A stretch of DNA of 64,000 bases, from the IMG/VR virus record IMGVR_UViG_2667528183_000003, positions 1 through 64,000 of that record; one strand, written 5' to 3'. Position numbers and translations under genes: made by a program. The number at the start of each line of letters is the position of its first letter. Position 1 is the first letter of the stretch. The notes beneath the pieces were generated by a model. That model did not search any database. It saw nothing but the letters and a program-made list of their open reading frames with translations, and was not told the origin of the DNA. This stretch comes from a virus. Taxonomy: Duplodnaviria; Caudoviricetes. This document shows, piece after piece, positions 1-8,303 of this stretch.

Positions 1-351
1 ATGGACGCCGACATGAACAAAGCCGAAATACCGTCTGATCCGACCCAGCGTTGGGAATGGATCAAATACCAATTACGTGCTCGCGGTACATCACTGGCCA
101 AGCTATCTCGCGAGCTGGATGTTTCAGGCCAAGCCCTCAAGAACACAAAGCGCATCGCCTATCCACGTATGGAGAGAGCTATTGCAAAAGCTTTGGGTTT
201 AATGCCAATCGACATCTGGCCCGAGCGCTGGAACACCGATGGTAAGCCTCATCGAATCTGCCCGAACCGTGCAGAACGCAGAGCAGCCAGTAATCAAGAT
301 CATAACTCACTCTATGTCCTTCGACACTGTAAAGCCGTGGCGGGGGTGTGA
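1..351 (+). CDS. ner: Ner/Nlp-family HTH regulator (start could be ATG 13)
   Basis: IKYQLRARGTSLAKLSRE...YPRMERAIAKALG...IWPERW is the Ner signature; lies upstream of the transposase. Confidence 0.85.
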   Translation: MDADMNKAEIPSDPTQRWEWIKYQLRARGTSLAKLSRELDVSGQALKNTKRIAYPRMERAIAKALGLMPIDIWPERWNTDGKPHRICPNRAERRAASNQDHNSLYVLRHCKAVAGV

Positions 352-794
352 ACATGCGCCGCGTAAAAGACGACAGGACACTAGACATCTTCTCTGTTCC
401 ACAGCCGGTGCTTTCTATACCTGGCCATGGCAACTACGCCGCGACGGTGAGTGAGCTGGTGAGCGAAATCCTCAAAGGCTCCGAGCTGGACCGTTACGAG
501 ATTGCAGCTCGTATGTCGCGACTTTCAGGTGACGACGTAAGCAAGAACATGCTCGATGCATGGTCGAGTCCCGCCCGTACCGAGCACAACCTTCCTTTAT
601 ATAGGGCGCCATTGCTTGAAGAGGTTTGTGCAACTCACGCGATGACCGACTGGTTGGTGCATCTGCGTGGCGGACGAGTTTCTTACGGTCGCGAAGCACT
701 TGATGCTGAGCTTGGTCGCCTGGAAAGAGTCGCCGCAGACGCTACTCGAAAAGCCCGCGAACTGAAGCGTATGTTAGGGGGCAGCCATGCGTAA
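348..794 (+). CDS. Hypothetical phage early protein
   Basis: 148-aa ORF overlapping both ner and the MuA start. Confidence 0.7.
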   Translation: MNMRRVKDDRTLDIFSVPQPVLSIPGHGNYAATVSELVSEILKGSELDRYEIAARMSRLSGDDVSKNMLDAWSSPARTEHNLPLYRAPLLEEVCATHAMTDWLVHLRGGRVSYGREALDAELGRLERVAADATRKARELKRMLGGSHA

Positions 795-2838
795 TTGGTA
801 TTCCGCCCAGGAACTCGCAGGCCTGCCCGGCTTGCCGAGTACTTCTCGCAACGTTAAGGCAATGGCTGCTCGGGAGAACTGGGAGGGCCAGCAACGACTT
901 GGTAGCAAAGCTGTCGAGTACTCCTTTGCGATGCTGCCGGAGAAAACCCAGGCTGCTCTCATTGCTGCCTCAATTCCCGCCAGTGCACCAGAAGCACCGG
1001 CTGAAACACATGTGATTCTTTCAGGGTGTGACGCTAAAAAAGCGTCACGCTTGAATGATTCGCAGATCTCGGTCATGACGGCACGCCTGTCATTCGTGCG
1101 CGAAATAGAGCGCATGAGCAAGGTGGTCAGCCAGAACCGCGCCATTCTCACACTGGTCTCCCTGGCACGAACCGGCGACCTGAGCCCCTACCTTGCCGAG
1201 CAAGTGGTCCGGGCCAACGACCGCAAAACAGAAGACCGAACACTTTCGGAGCGCACCCTGAAACGGTGGCTGGCGGACTATCGCGCCCATGGGGAAATGG
1301 GACTGGCACCAGCACGCCGCAAACAGGACATGAGCGTCCCGTCTTGGGCTGCCGAGTTCCTGAAGCATTATCAGCGCCCGCAGAAGCCCAGCGTTGAAGC
1401 GGCATACGAGCAGTTCAAACAGATCCATTCAGAGGTCCACTCCAGCGTCTGCCCGAGCATTCACGCCGTCCGCCGCTGGCTGAAAAAGCTGTCTCCAGAG
1501 GCCCGCGAGCGTGGTCGTATGGGGCCGCATGAGCTGAAAACCCTACAGGCGTACAACCGCCGCAAGGCGGACATGCTCTGGCCAAATGATGTCTGGGTTG
1601 CCGATGGTCATACCTTTGACGCCGAGGTTATCAACCCTCTTACCGGCCAGATCTTCCGGCCGGAAATCACCATGATCATTGATTGGGGCACACGCCGAAT
1701 CACCGGTTTTTCGGTCAACCTGGCTGAGTCGACATTGGCCACCTTGGACACATTGCGCGACGGTGTTACCCGCTGCGGCATGTACAAGATTTTCTATGTA
1801 GACAACGGCAGCGGCTTTGATAACGCCGTGGTCTATGAAGCCAATGACCGTCTTGGCGGCACCGTCACGCATTCGCTGCCTTACAACTCCCAAGCCCGTG
1901 GCGTGATTGAACGCCCACACAAAACCATCCTGGTCAGGCTCGCTAAAACCTTCGACAGCTACATCGGCGCCGATATGGACAAGGAGGCCGGAACCAAGGC
2001 CCACAAGCTATCCCGTAAGCAGTTGGCGCTGGGTTTGGCACCAACAGTTGTGCCGGAGTTCTCGGTGTTCTTCGCCGACCTGCAATGCGCACTCGACGAC
2101 TACAACCGGCGCCCACACCGTGGCCTACCGAAGTTCCGCGACCCACAGACGCTGCGCATGCGTCACCAAAGCCCCATGGAAGCCTGGAAACAGGCCGAGG
2201 CCGAAGGCTGGGAGCCATTGCTGGCTGACGCAAGTATCGTTGAAAGCCTGACCCGTCCGCAGGTCCTGCGCACTGCTCGGCGCGCCCAGGTGCAATGGAA
2301 TAGCGGCACCTACTTCCTGAAAGAACTGGAAGGTTTCCATGGCGAGGAAGTCCGCGTGGCCTATGACTTCCGCGACTCCAGCCGTGTATGGGTGCATACC
2401 CTTGATGGCGAGCTGATCGGTGAAGCCATTCTGGATGGCAATGCCAGCCCAGCAATGCCGGTAACGATGCTTGAAAAAGCCAGTGAGAAGCGCGAACGCG
2501 GACAGCTGTCGCGCCTGGTTAAAAAGGCCAAAACCATCACCGGGCAAGACGTTGAAATGCGCGTCATTCCCACGGCATCGAGCAGCTATGAGCTGTCCCC
2601 GGCACAGCTAGCCGAAGCACAACGTTTCGCCCAGCTGGTCGCGCCACAGGCTCCAGCCTTTGAAATCCCCAACGACCCTATTTCCAAGTACCGCCTTTGG
2701 CAGCAGCTCGATGGCCGCGTGAAGGGCGGCGAAGCGCTACCACCCGAGCAAGCCCAGTGGCACGAACGCTGGCCCAAACATTCCGACTACAGCGCGATGC
2801 AGCGGATGTTTGCCCACGCAGAACAAGCCAGAGCCTAA
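787..2838 (+). CDS. MuA-like DDE transposase
   Basis: N-terminal Mu DNA-binding motif WYSAQELAGLPGLP; catalytic motifs VADGHT, YVDNGSG and GVIER; 683 aa. Confidence 0.95.
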   Translation: MRNWYSAQELAGLPGLPSTSRNVKAMAARENWEGQQRLGSKAVEYSFAMLPEKTQAALIAASIPASAPEAPAETHVILSGCDAKKASRLNDSQISVMTARLSFVREIERMSKVVSQNRAILTLVSLARTGDLSPYLAEQVVRANDRKTEDRTLSERTLKRWLADYRAHGEMGLAPARRKQDMSVPSWAAEFLKHYQRPQKPSVEAAYEQFKQIHSEVHSSVCPSIHAVRRWLKKLSPEARERGRMGPHELKTLQAYNRRKADMLWPNDVWVADGHTFDAEVINPLTGQIFRPEITMIIDWGTRRITGFSVNLAESTLATLDTLRDGVTRCGMYKIFYVDNGSGFDNAVVYEANDRLGGTVTHSLPYNSQARGVIERPHKTILVRLAKTFDSYIGADMDKEAGTKAHKLSRKQLALGLAPTVVPEFSVFFADLQCALDDYNRRPHRGLPKFRDPQTLRMRHQSPMEAWKQAEAEGWEPLLADASIVESLTRPQVLRTARRAQVQWNSGTYFLKELEGFHGEEVRVAYDFRDSSRVWVHTLDGELIGEAILDGNASPAMPVTMLEKASEKRERGQLSRLVKKAKTITGQDVEMRVIPTASSSYELSPAQLAEAQRFAQLVAPQAPAFEIPNDPISKYRLWQQLDGRVKGGEALPPEQAQWHERWPKHSDYSAMQRMFAHAEQARA

Positions 2839-2856
2839 CCCCTAAGGAGTTTTCAC

Positions 2857-3579
2857 ATGAGTTTTCCCAAGATTGTTCCACTGACCAACGTTGGCCTGTT
2901 GTCTGCCGCTATCGAACGCGCCCTCAAACGCCCACAGGGGCTGCCCGGTGTTGTCGTGATGCATGGCCCCACCGGCTTGGGCAAAAGCGTTGGCGCTGCC
3001 TTCGCCGCAAACCAGCATCGCGCCTATTACGTCGAGTGCCGCGACACCTGGAGCAAAAAGGCTTTCCTGCAAGCCATCCTGCACGAAATGAGCATCACAC
3101 CTGAACGCACCCTGTCGCTGATGGTGGACCAGATCGCCGAACAACTGTCGCGCAGCGGGCGCCCGCTGCTGATCGATGACGTGCAGTACCTGCTTGAGAA
3201 ATCCATAGCCAACGTTCTGACCGATATCTACAACGCCAGCCAAGGCACCATCGTGTTGATCGGTGAAGAACGAGTGCCTAGCAGCCTGGCCAGGCTGGAG
3301 CGCCTGCATAACCGTGTGCTGGAGTGGGTGCCTGCCCAGCCTGCCACGCTTCACGACATACACGCCTTGGCCCAGGCCAGTTACCCCGGCCTGCACTTCG
3401 CCGACGATCTGCTAGAAGACCTGCGCAAGAAGGTTAAAGGCTGTCTGCGCCGTGTCGCGGTCAACCTGTACCGCGTTTACAACGAAGCCCAAACCCAATG
3501 CTGGGACAAGGTTGACCTTGCGACCTGGGGCCATCGGGAGTGGTTCACCGGCGACGCTCCTGTGCGGAGGGTTTCGTAA
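2857..3579 (+). CDS. MuB-like AAA+ transposition ATPase
   Basis: Walker A GPTGLGKS and Walker B LLIDD; directly follows the transposase; AAGGAG SD. Confidence 0.9.
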   Translation: MSFPKIVPLTNVGLLSAAIERALKRPQGLPGVVVMHGPTGLGKSVGAAFAANQHRAYYVECRDTWSKKAFLQAILHEMSITPERTLSLMVDQIAEQLSRSGRPLLIDDVQYLLEKSIANVLTDIYNASQGTIVLIGEERVPSSLARLERLHNRVLEWVPAQPATLHDIHALAQASYPGLHFADDLLEDLRKKVKGCLRRVAVNLYRVYNEAQTQCWDKVDLATWGHREWFTGDAPVRRVS

Positions 3580-4193
3580 TGGCTGGCGGTCGTGGTCGTA
3601 AACCAATTGATCTGGAAATGCACGGTAAGAAGGGCAATCGCCAGCGTGTCTGGGAGGCTATGCGTGTCATTCGAGATGGCTTTACAGCCTATGAAATCTC
3701 CCGCCGCTCCCTGGTCGATGACACGGCGGTTCGTAGCTACCTGCAATCGCTGATCAAAGGCGGATTTGTCGAGGTTATCTCTGGGGCCAAGTTTGAAGAA
3801 CAGACATTACACCTGGTCAGGGACGTGGGCGCCGAAGCTCCAGCAATCACTCGCGAAGGAAAACCCAGCAAGACGGGCAAAGGCACCGAAGCCATGTGGC
3901 GAACCCTGCGCATCCTGGGCGAAATGGACGCCGACGAGCTGGCTGAACAAGCCTCTATCGCAGTGCCGACCACGACCTGGACAGCGCGTTCCTACCTCAA
4001 GTGGCTAAAACGTGCGGGTTATGTAGTCGAAGTGCAGGCCAGTACACCGGGCAAGAAAGCCCGATACCGCCTAGCTCCAGGCAAATACACCGGCCCGCGC
4101 CCACCGATGATTCAGCGCATCGGTCAGGTGTTCGACCCGAATCTCGGCGAGGTGGTGTTTCGCCAGCCCGAACCAGCTGAGGCCGAACTATGA
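3579..4193 (+). CDS. Putative winged-helix DNA-binding protein
   Basis: TAATG coupling to MuB; two wHTH-like repeats (VRSYLQSLIKGGFV and ARSYLKWLKRAGYV). Confidence 0.7.
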   Translation: MAGGRGRKPIDLEMHGKKGNRQRVWEAMRVIRDGFTAYEISRRSLVDDTAVRSYLQSLIKGGFVEVISGAKFEEQTLHLVRDVGAEAPAITREGKPSKTGKGTEAMWRTLRILGEMDADELAEQASIAVPTTTWTARSYLKWLKRAGYVVEVQASTPGKKARYRLAPGKYTGPRPPMIQRIGQVFDPNLGEVVFRQPEPAEAEL

Positions 4194-4567
4194 ACGTGAA
4201 TCTATCGGCCTGGGGCGCTGAGCCTCCACTGTTTGTACGTTTGCTGGCAGCCGAAGTCGCAGCCACAAGCCAAACCCAGGCCAGCAAGCGTATCGGCATG
4301 AGCCGAACAGCAGTCAGCCTGACCCTGGCCAATCGCTATGCATCGCGTAGCACTGCCGGTGTTGAACGCCGTGTCATGGAAACCCTCGGCCGCATTCAGT
4401 GTGTGGCTCTGGATGATGAAGTGAACGCGGAGCAGTGCCAAAGCTATCGCGAAAAACCAGCCCCCACACACAACCCACCTGCCATGCAGCGATGGCGTGC
4501 TTGCCAACATTGCCCGATCAACCCCAACTGCTGCACCCAGGAGAACGCCCATGCTCGCCTCCACTAG
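4190..4567 (+). CDS. HTH protein with Cys-rich C-terminus
   Basis: SQTQASKRIGMSRTAVSL helix-turn-helix; ACQHCP motif; ATGA overlap. Confidence 0.7.
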   Translation: MNVNLSAWGAEPPLFVRLLAAEVAATSQTQASKRIGMSRTAVSLTLANRYASRSTAGVERRVMETLGRIQCVALDDEVNAEQCQSYREKPAPTHNPPAMQRWRACQHCPINPNCCTQENAHARLH

Positions 4568-4874
4568 CCGTACAGCCTTGAAAGTGTTGACCCCATCGCT
4601 CGCTGATCGCCTGCGCATCTTCAACGCCGCCGCCCGCCAGTTGCAGGCGAATGGCATTCGCATACTCGGCTTCTGCCCAGCTCAAAACTTCCTGGTTATC
4701 GATCCCGATGCGGGCCAGCGCTTGGTCGCTCTTGGCCATCGCGAAGGCTTTAAGCGCCGCCCCACGGCCGGTAGCACCCATTACAGCGTGCAGTTCCAGG
4801 GCGTGACCCTGGAGTGGCGCGAACCCATCAGCGCCGCCCGTCCAGAAGGCTGGCAGCGCCCGACTGTCCACTGA
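4551..4874 (+). CDS. Hypothetical early protein
   Basis: ATG 4551 with AGGAG SD; 107 aa. Confidence 0.65.
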   Translation: MLASTSRTALKVLTPSLADRLRIFNAAARQLQANGIRILGFCPAQNFLVIDPDAGQRLVALGHREGFKRRPTAGSTHYSVQFQGVTLEWREPISAARPEGWQRPTVH

Positions 4875-4885
4875 GGAATCTAGCA

Positions 4886-5509
4886 ATGACCGTTCAACAA
4901 CAGACCATCCCTGAAGGCTACCGGGCCGACGCTCAAAAGCGCCTTATCCCTGAAAGCATGATCAAACCCATCGACCTGGAGCGTGACGCCTTGGTGCTCG
5001 CCCTGGTCGAAAAAGCGCGTGCGGCCCATGACGTTTTGTCGAAGTTCAAGGCTTCCGCGTTCGGCGATATCGAAGCCTTTATCGAACTGAGCGCCGAACA
5101 GTACGGCGCTCAGATTGGCGGCAAGAAAGGCAATGTCAGCCTGATCAGTTTTGATGGGCGCTTCAAGATCCTGCGGGCAGTCCAGGAAAGCATCGCCTTT
5201 GACGAACGCTTGCAGGCAGCCAGGGCACTGATTGACGAATGTTTGCGCGACTGGACAGAAGGGGCTCGGCCGGAGGTCGTCACCCTGGTGAATGACGCCT
5301 TTCGCACCGACCAGAAAGGCGATATCCGCACGGCCCGAGTGCTTGCACTGCGGCGACTGGAAATCACCGATGAGCGCTGGCAGCGCGCCATGCAAGCCAT
5401 TGGCGATGCATGCCAGGTGGTGGGTTCAAAGTCCTACATTCGTGTGTATCAGCGTGTCGGTGATACCGACCAATACGAACCCATCAGCCTTGATATTGCG
5501 GGGGTATGA
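4886..5509 (+). CDS. DUF3164-like Mu-phage early protein
   Basis: GGKKGNVSLISFDG, FDERLQAARALIDECL and SKSYIRVY motifs; GAGGA SD. Confidence 0.8.
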   Translation: MTVQQQTIPEGYRADAQKRLIPESMIKPIDLERDALVLALVEKARAAHDVLSKFKASAFGDIEAFIELSAEQYGAQIGGKKGNVSLISFDGRFKILRAVQESIAFDERLQAARALIDECLRDWTEGARPEVVTLVNDAFRTDQKGDIRTARVLALRRLEITDERWQRAMQAIGDACQVVGSKSYIRVYQRVGDTDQYEPISLDIAGV

Positions 5510-5859
5510 CTATGCAAGAAGATAACAGCCTGATCCTGGATCAGTTGGAACGCCTCGGCACTCTTGAGCGCGTTTGTGAGGGGCTAACCCAAGATCACAT
5601 TGAAGGCGGCTGGACCGTTCGCGGAATCAGGGTTCACTGCAAAGCGGTTGAGCAAGAGCGTGACGATCTGCGTAGCCAGTTGGTGGAGCTTGAAAAGTTC
5701 GGTGAATGGTGGAAGGAGCGTATGCGAACCCATCTGACCATCATTTATGGAGCTATCGGTAAGTCAGACCCGGAGGGTTGTGCAGACCAGACGGTAAGGC
5801 TTGATGAGCGTCTGGCTCCACAGATTACAGCCTCTTACTCCAGCACAAAGCCGCAATAG
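5506..5859 (+). CDS. Hypothetical protein
   Basis: ATGA overlap with the upstream gene; 117 aa. Confidence 0.6.
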   Translation: MTMQEDNSLILDQLERLGTLERVCEGLTQDHIEGGWTVRGIRVHCKAVEQERDDLRSQLVELEKFGEWWKERMRTHLTIIYGAIGKSDPEGCADQTVRLDERLAPQITASYSSTKPQ

Positions 5860-5895
5860 ACCAGACAGCTCCGCACACATTATTTACAGGAAACT

Positions 5896-6111
5896 ATGAT
5901 GGCCAAAATTGTCCTTACCCTGGAAGACCGCCGCGACGAAAGCGGCGCTCCGACAGTCACTCTTGACCTGTCTGGTGTGCCCACTGGTGCAGCTCACCGA
6001 TCCGCAGCCTGCTCCATCTCCCAAATGCTTTGGGGGATGGCCTCTTGCGAGCAGCTCCTGGGCGAGCTGCCTGCGTACCGTCGTCAGCCAAGTAACTCAA
6101 CCATCCACTGA
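5896..6111 (+). CDS. Hypothetical protein whose stop codon abuts hammerhead 1
   Basis: CAGGA SD; 71 aa. Confidence 0.65.
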   Translation: MMAKIVLTLEDRRDESGAPTVTLDLSGVPTGAAHRSAACSISQMLWGMASCEQLLGELPAYRRQPSNSTIH

Positions 6112-6176
6112 GCGAAACCCTCCCGGTCTCCGGGAGGGTCTATCAGGCGTGGCTACCTGGTACTGATGAGCAGCCG
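6112..6176 (+). ncRNA. Type II hammerhead ribozyme 1; predicted cleavage after C6140
   Basis: GC-GAAA(6114-17); stem III ccctcccgg/ccgggaggg; GUC(6138-40); stem I tatcagg/cctggta; CUGAUGA(6163-69)-GC; loop I UGGCU can pair with 3' AGCCG. Confidence 0.88.
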
Positions 6177-6196
6177 AACAGTAAGTGGGGAATTTT

Positions 6197-6394
6197 ATGA
6201 GCAAGCAACGAAAACCATATCCACGGTCTGCGGACAACGCCGACAAGATGAATCTGCCCGAGGGTAAGACCTGCGGCGACTGCGTGCACTGCCGCCGCTG
6301 CACGATGATGTTCGGACACATCCCAGCTGATGAAGCTTGCGACTGGAGCCCTTCGCGTTTTCGCGAAGCAGTGCCAAACGCGATTGTTGTCTAA
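6197..6394 (+). CDS. Small Cys-rich protein, 65 aa (CxxC-xx-CxxC...C)
   Basis: KTCGDCVHCRRC...EACDW; GGGGAA SD; first gene after hammerhead 1. Confidence 0.7.
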   Translation: MSKQRKPYPRSADNADKMNLPEGKTCGDCVHCRRCTMMFGHIPADEACDWSPSRFREAVPNAIVV

Positions 6395-6425
6395 CCCAAA
6401 ACGTAAGACTCCGAGACCTGACGAA

Positions 6426-7097
6426 ATGGATCACAGCAAAGCTATAGACAAAATCAAGAAGCTTCTGCGCCTGGCAGCAAGCGACAACCCCCACGAAGCC
6501 GCAGCGGCTATGCGCCAGGCGCGGGCCATGATGGAAAAATTCCGTATTGAAGAAGCTGATGTAGCGCTTTCGGACATCTTTGAATCGGCCTCACGCAGCG
6601 GCTCTAAGGTGAATCCTGTTCGCTGGGAGGCCAATCTGGCTGGCAGCGTAAAACGTGCGTATGCCTGCGAGTTGCTGTTCATGGCGGGCTTAGGTGAATG
6701 GCGGTTCATTGGTGAGTTTGCCGAGGTGGCCAGCTACACCATGACGCTGCTTCTCCGTCAGATCCGCCAGGCTCGGCGTGACTTCATCGCCGACAAACTC
6801 AAGCGCTGCAAGGCCGCAACCAAGACCAAACGGGCGGACGTATTCTGTGATGCCTGGGTCTATCAGGTGCGCAAGCAGGTGATGGCTTTCGCTGGCAATG
6901 ACACACCATCCAGCGCCGCTTCGGCCTACATGCTCAAGCATCACCCGGATACAACAAAGGCAGACCCGAAGGACCGGAACACCGCAAAGCGGATGAGCAA
7001 TCGGTCCGTGAGCGATGCCATGCACGGGATTCTCGCAGCGGCTGACGTACAGCTGAACCACGGTGTGAAAGGACAAGAGCAGCAACGCCTCCACTGA
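6426..7097 (+). CDS. DUF2786-domain protein
   Basis: N-terminal KAIDKIKKLLRLAASDNPHEAAAAMRQARAMMEKF helical motif; stop codon abuts hammerhead 2. Confidence 0.8.
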   Translation: MDHSKAIDKIKKLLRLAASDNPHEAAAAMRQARAMMEKFRIEEADVALSDIFESASRSGSKVNPVRWEANLAGSVKRAYACELLFMAGLGEWRFIGEFAEVASYTMTLLLRQIRQARRDFIADKLKRCKAATKTKRADVFCDAWVYQVRKQVMAFAGNDTPSSAASAYMLKHHPDTTKADPKDRNTAKRMSNRSVSDAMHGILAAADVQLNHGVKGQEQQRLH

Positions 7098-7164
7098 GCG
7101 AAACCTCCCCGATGAACTGGGGCGGTCTGCCAGGCATGGTTGCCTGGTACTGATGAGCAGCCAC
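7098..7164 (+). ncRNA. Type II hammerhead ribozyme 2; predicted cleavage after C7127
   Basis: GC-GAAA(7100-03); stem III cc(t)ccccg/tgggg(c)gg; GUC(7125-27); stem I tgccagg/cctggta; CUGAUGA(7150-56)-GC; loop I UGGU can pair with 3' GCCA. Confidence 0.86.
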
Positions 7165-7166
7165 AG

Positions 7167-7445
7167 ATGACAGACGAAACACCCCGGCAGCGTAAAGCCC
7201 GTTTGGCCCGTGAGCGCAAACGTGCCCAGCGCCTGCGGGACAAGGCCAAGAAACTGGCCATGGGTTCCAGCACGTTCAAGATGGAAGCGTACAAAGGCAC
7301 ACTGGCCGAGCTTGAACGTATCCGTATCGCCGGGGAGTTCGACGAAGCGGCGCACGCGCTGACGATGGTCATTCACGGAGCAGCCGAGTTGTCTCGCCGA
7401 GATCCGGCGGCATTCAGGGCATTGATTCAAGGGAGAACAAAGTGA
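7167..7445 (+). CDS. Basic helical hypothetical protein
   Basis: ATG 7167 directly after hammerhead 2; TPRQRKARLARERKRAQR. Confidence 0.65.
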   Translation: MTDETPRQRKARLARERKRAQRLRDKAKKLAMGSSTFKMEAYKGTLAELERIRIAGEFDEAAHALTMVIHGAAELSRRDPAAFRALIQGRTK

Positions 7446-7855
7446 GCAGACGAAACCTGGATCTGAGCAAGATTCACATAGCAAAGAAGGACCTAGGGCT
7501 TGATGACGAAACCTATCGCGCGCTGCTGGTTCGCGTGGCCGGGGTCAGATCGGCAAAGGACCTAAGCCCGCGTCAAGCAGGCAAGGTGCTGGCCGAGTTT
7601 GAGCGGCTTGGCTGGAAGCCTTCCCCCGTCAAGACTGGTCGTAAGGCTCCGGTAGCAGCAGCGGGCAGAGCAAAATTAATCGGTAAGATTGAGGCGTTTC
7701 TCAGCGAGGCGAATCGTTCCTGGGCATATGCCGATGGCATGGCCCAGCGTATGTTCAAGGTCGAGCGTGTGGAATGGTTGGACCCTGAACAACTTCGCAA
7801 GATGGTTGCAGCATTGGCTTATGACGCCAAGCGCCACGGGAGAGCAGCACAATGA
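7442..7855 (+). CDS. gemA: GemA/gp16-family protein (DUF1018)
   Basis: KIHIAKKDLGLDDETYRALL...GVRSAKDLS motif; lies upstream of mor as in Mu. Confidence 0.85.
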   Translation: MSRRNLDLSKIHIAKKDLGLDDETYRALLVRVAGVRSAKDLSPRQAGKVLAEFERLGWKPSPVKTGRKAPVAAAGRAKLIGKIEAFLSEANRSWAYADGMAQRMFKVERVEWLDPEQLRKMVAALAYDAKRHGRAAQ

Positions 7856-8289
7856 GCGGAGAACTATTTCCAGACGACAGCGACGAACTCGACTCCGCCA
7901 AAGTCCTGGCGCACATGAAGGACCCGACGGTCCTGGCCAGATGGGAGGGAGTACTCGGCGACATGGTTAGAGTGGCCGAAGCTGAATTGCGTAAGGCGTT
8001 AAATAATGACCCGCGCTCGACAGAGTTAGCACAGTTGGTCATCTATACCGTATGCGAACACCTGGGCGGCGGCGTGATGTACTTGCCTAGCGGTGCTCGA
8101 CTAAAACGTGCCATGCGTGATGCTGACTTGTACAGGGATTGGCGTGACCACGGCATTAAACCTGCCGATCTGGTTGGAAAATACAAGCTATCCAGCCCAA
8201 CTGTTTATGACATTATCACCAGGCAACGGGCGCTGCACCGCAAAAACGAGCCCGACCTGTTTGGATTTGGCGAAGATACTTTGCATTAG
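7852..8289 (+). CDS. Mor/C-family transcription activator
   Basis: LGGGVMYLP...RDADLY...LVGKYKLSSPTVYDII motif. Confidence 0.85.
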   Translation: MSGELFPDDSDELDSAKVLAHMKDPTVLARWEGVLGDMVRVAEAELRKALNNDPRSTELAQLVIYTVCEHLGGGVMYLPSGARLKRAMRDADLYRDWRDHGIKPADLVGKYKLSSPTVYDIITRQRALHRKNEPDLFGFGEDTLH

Positions 8290-8303
8290 CAAAAGGAATA
8301 TAC

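Noticed and set aside
4863-4885. TCCACTGAG after ORF 4551-4874 as a third ribozyme repeat
   Set aside because: It matches only the His-stop context and is followed directly by the SD of the next gene, with no ribozyme core.
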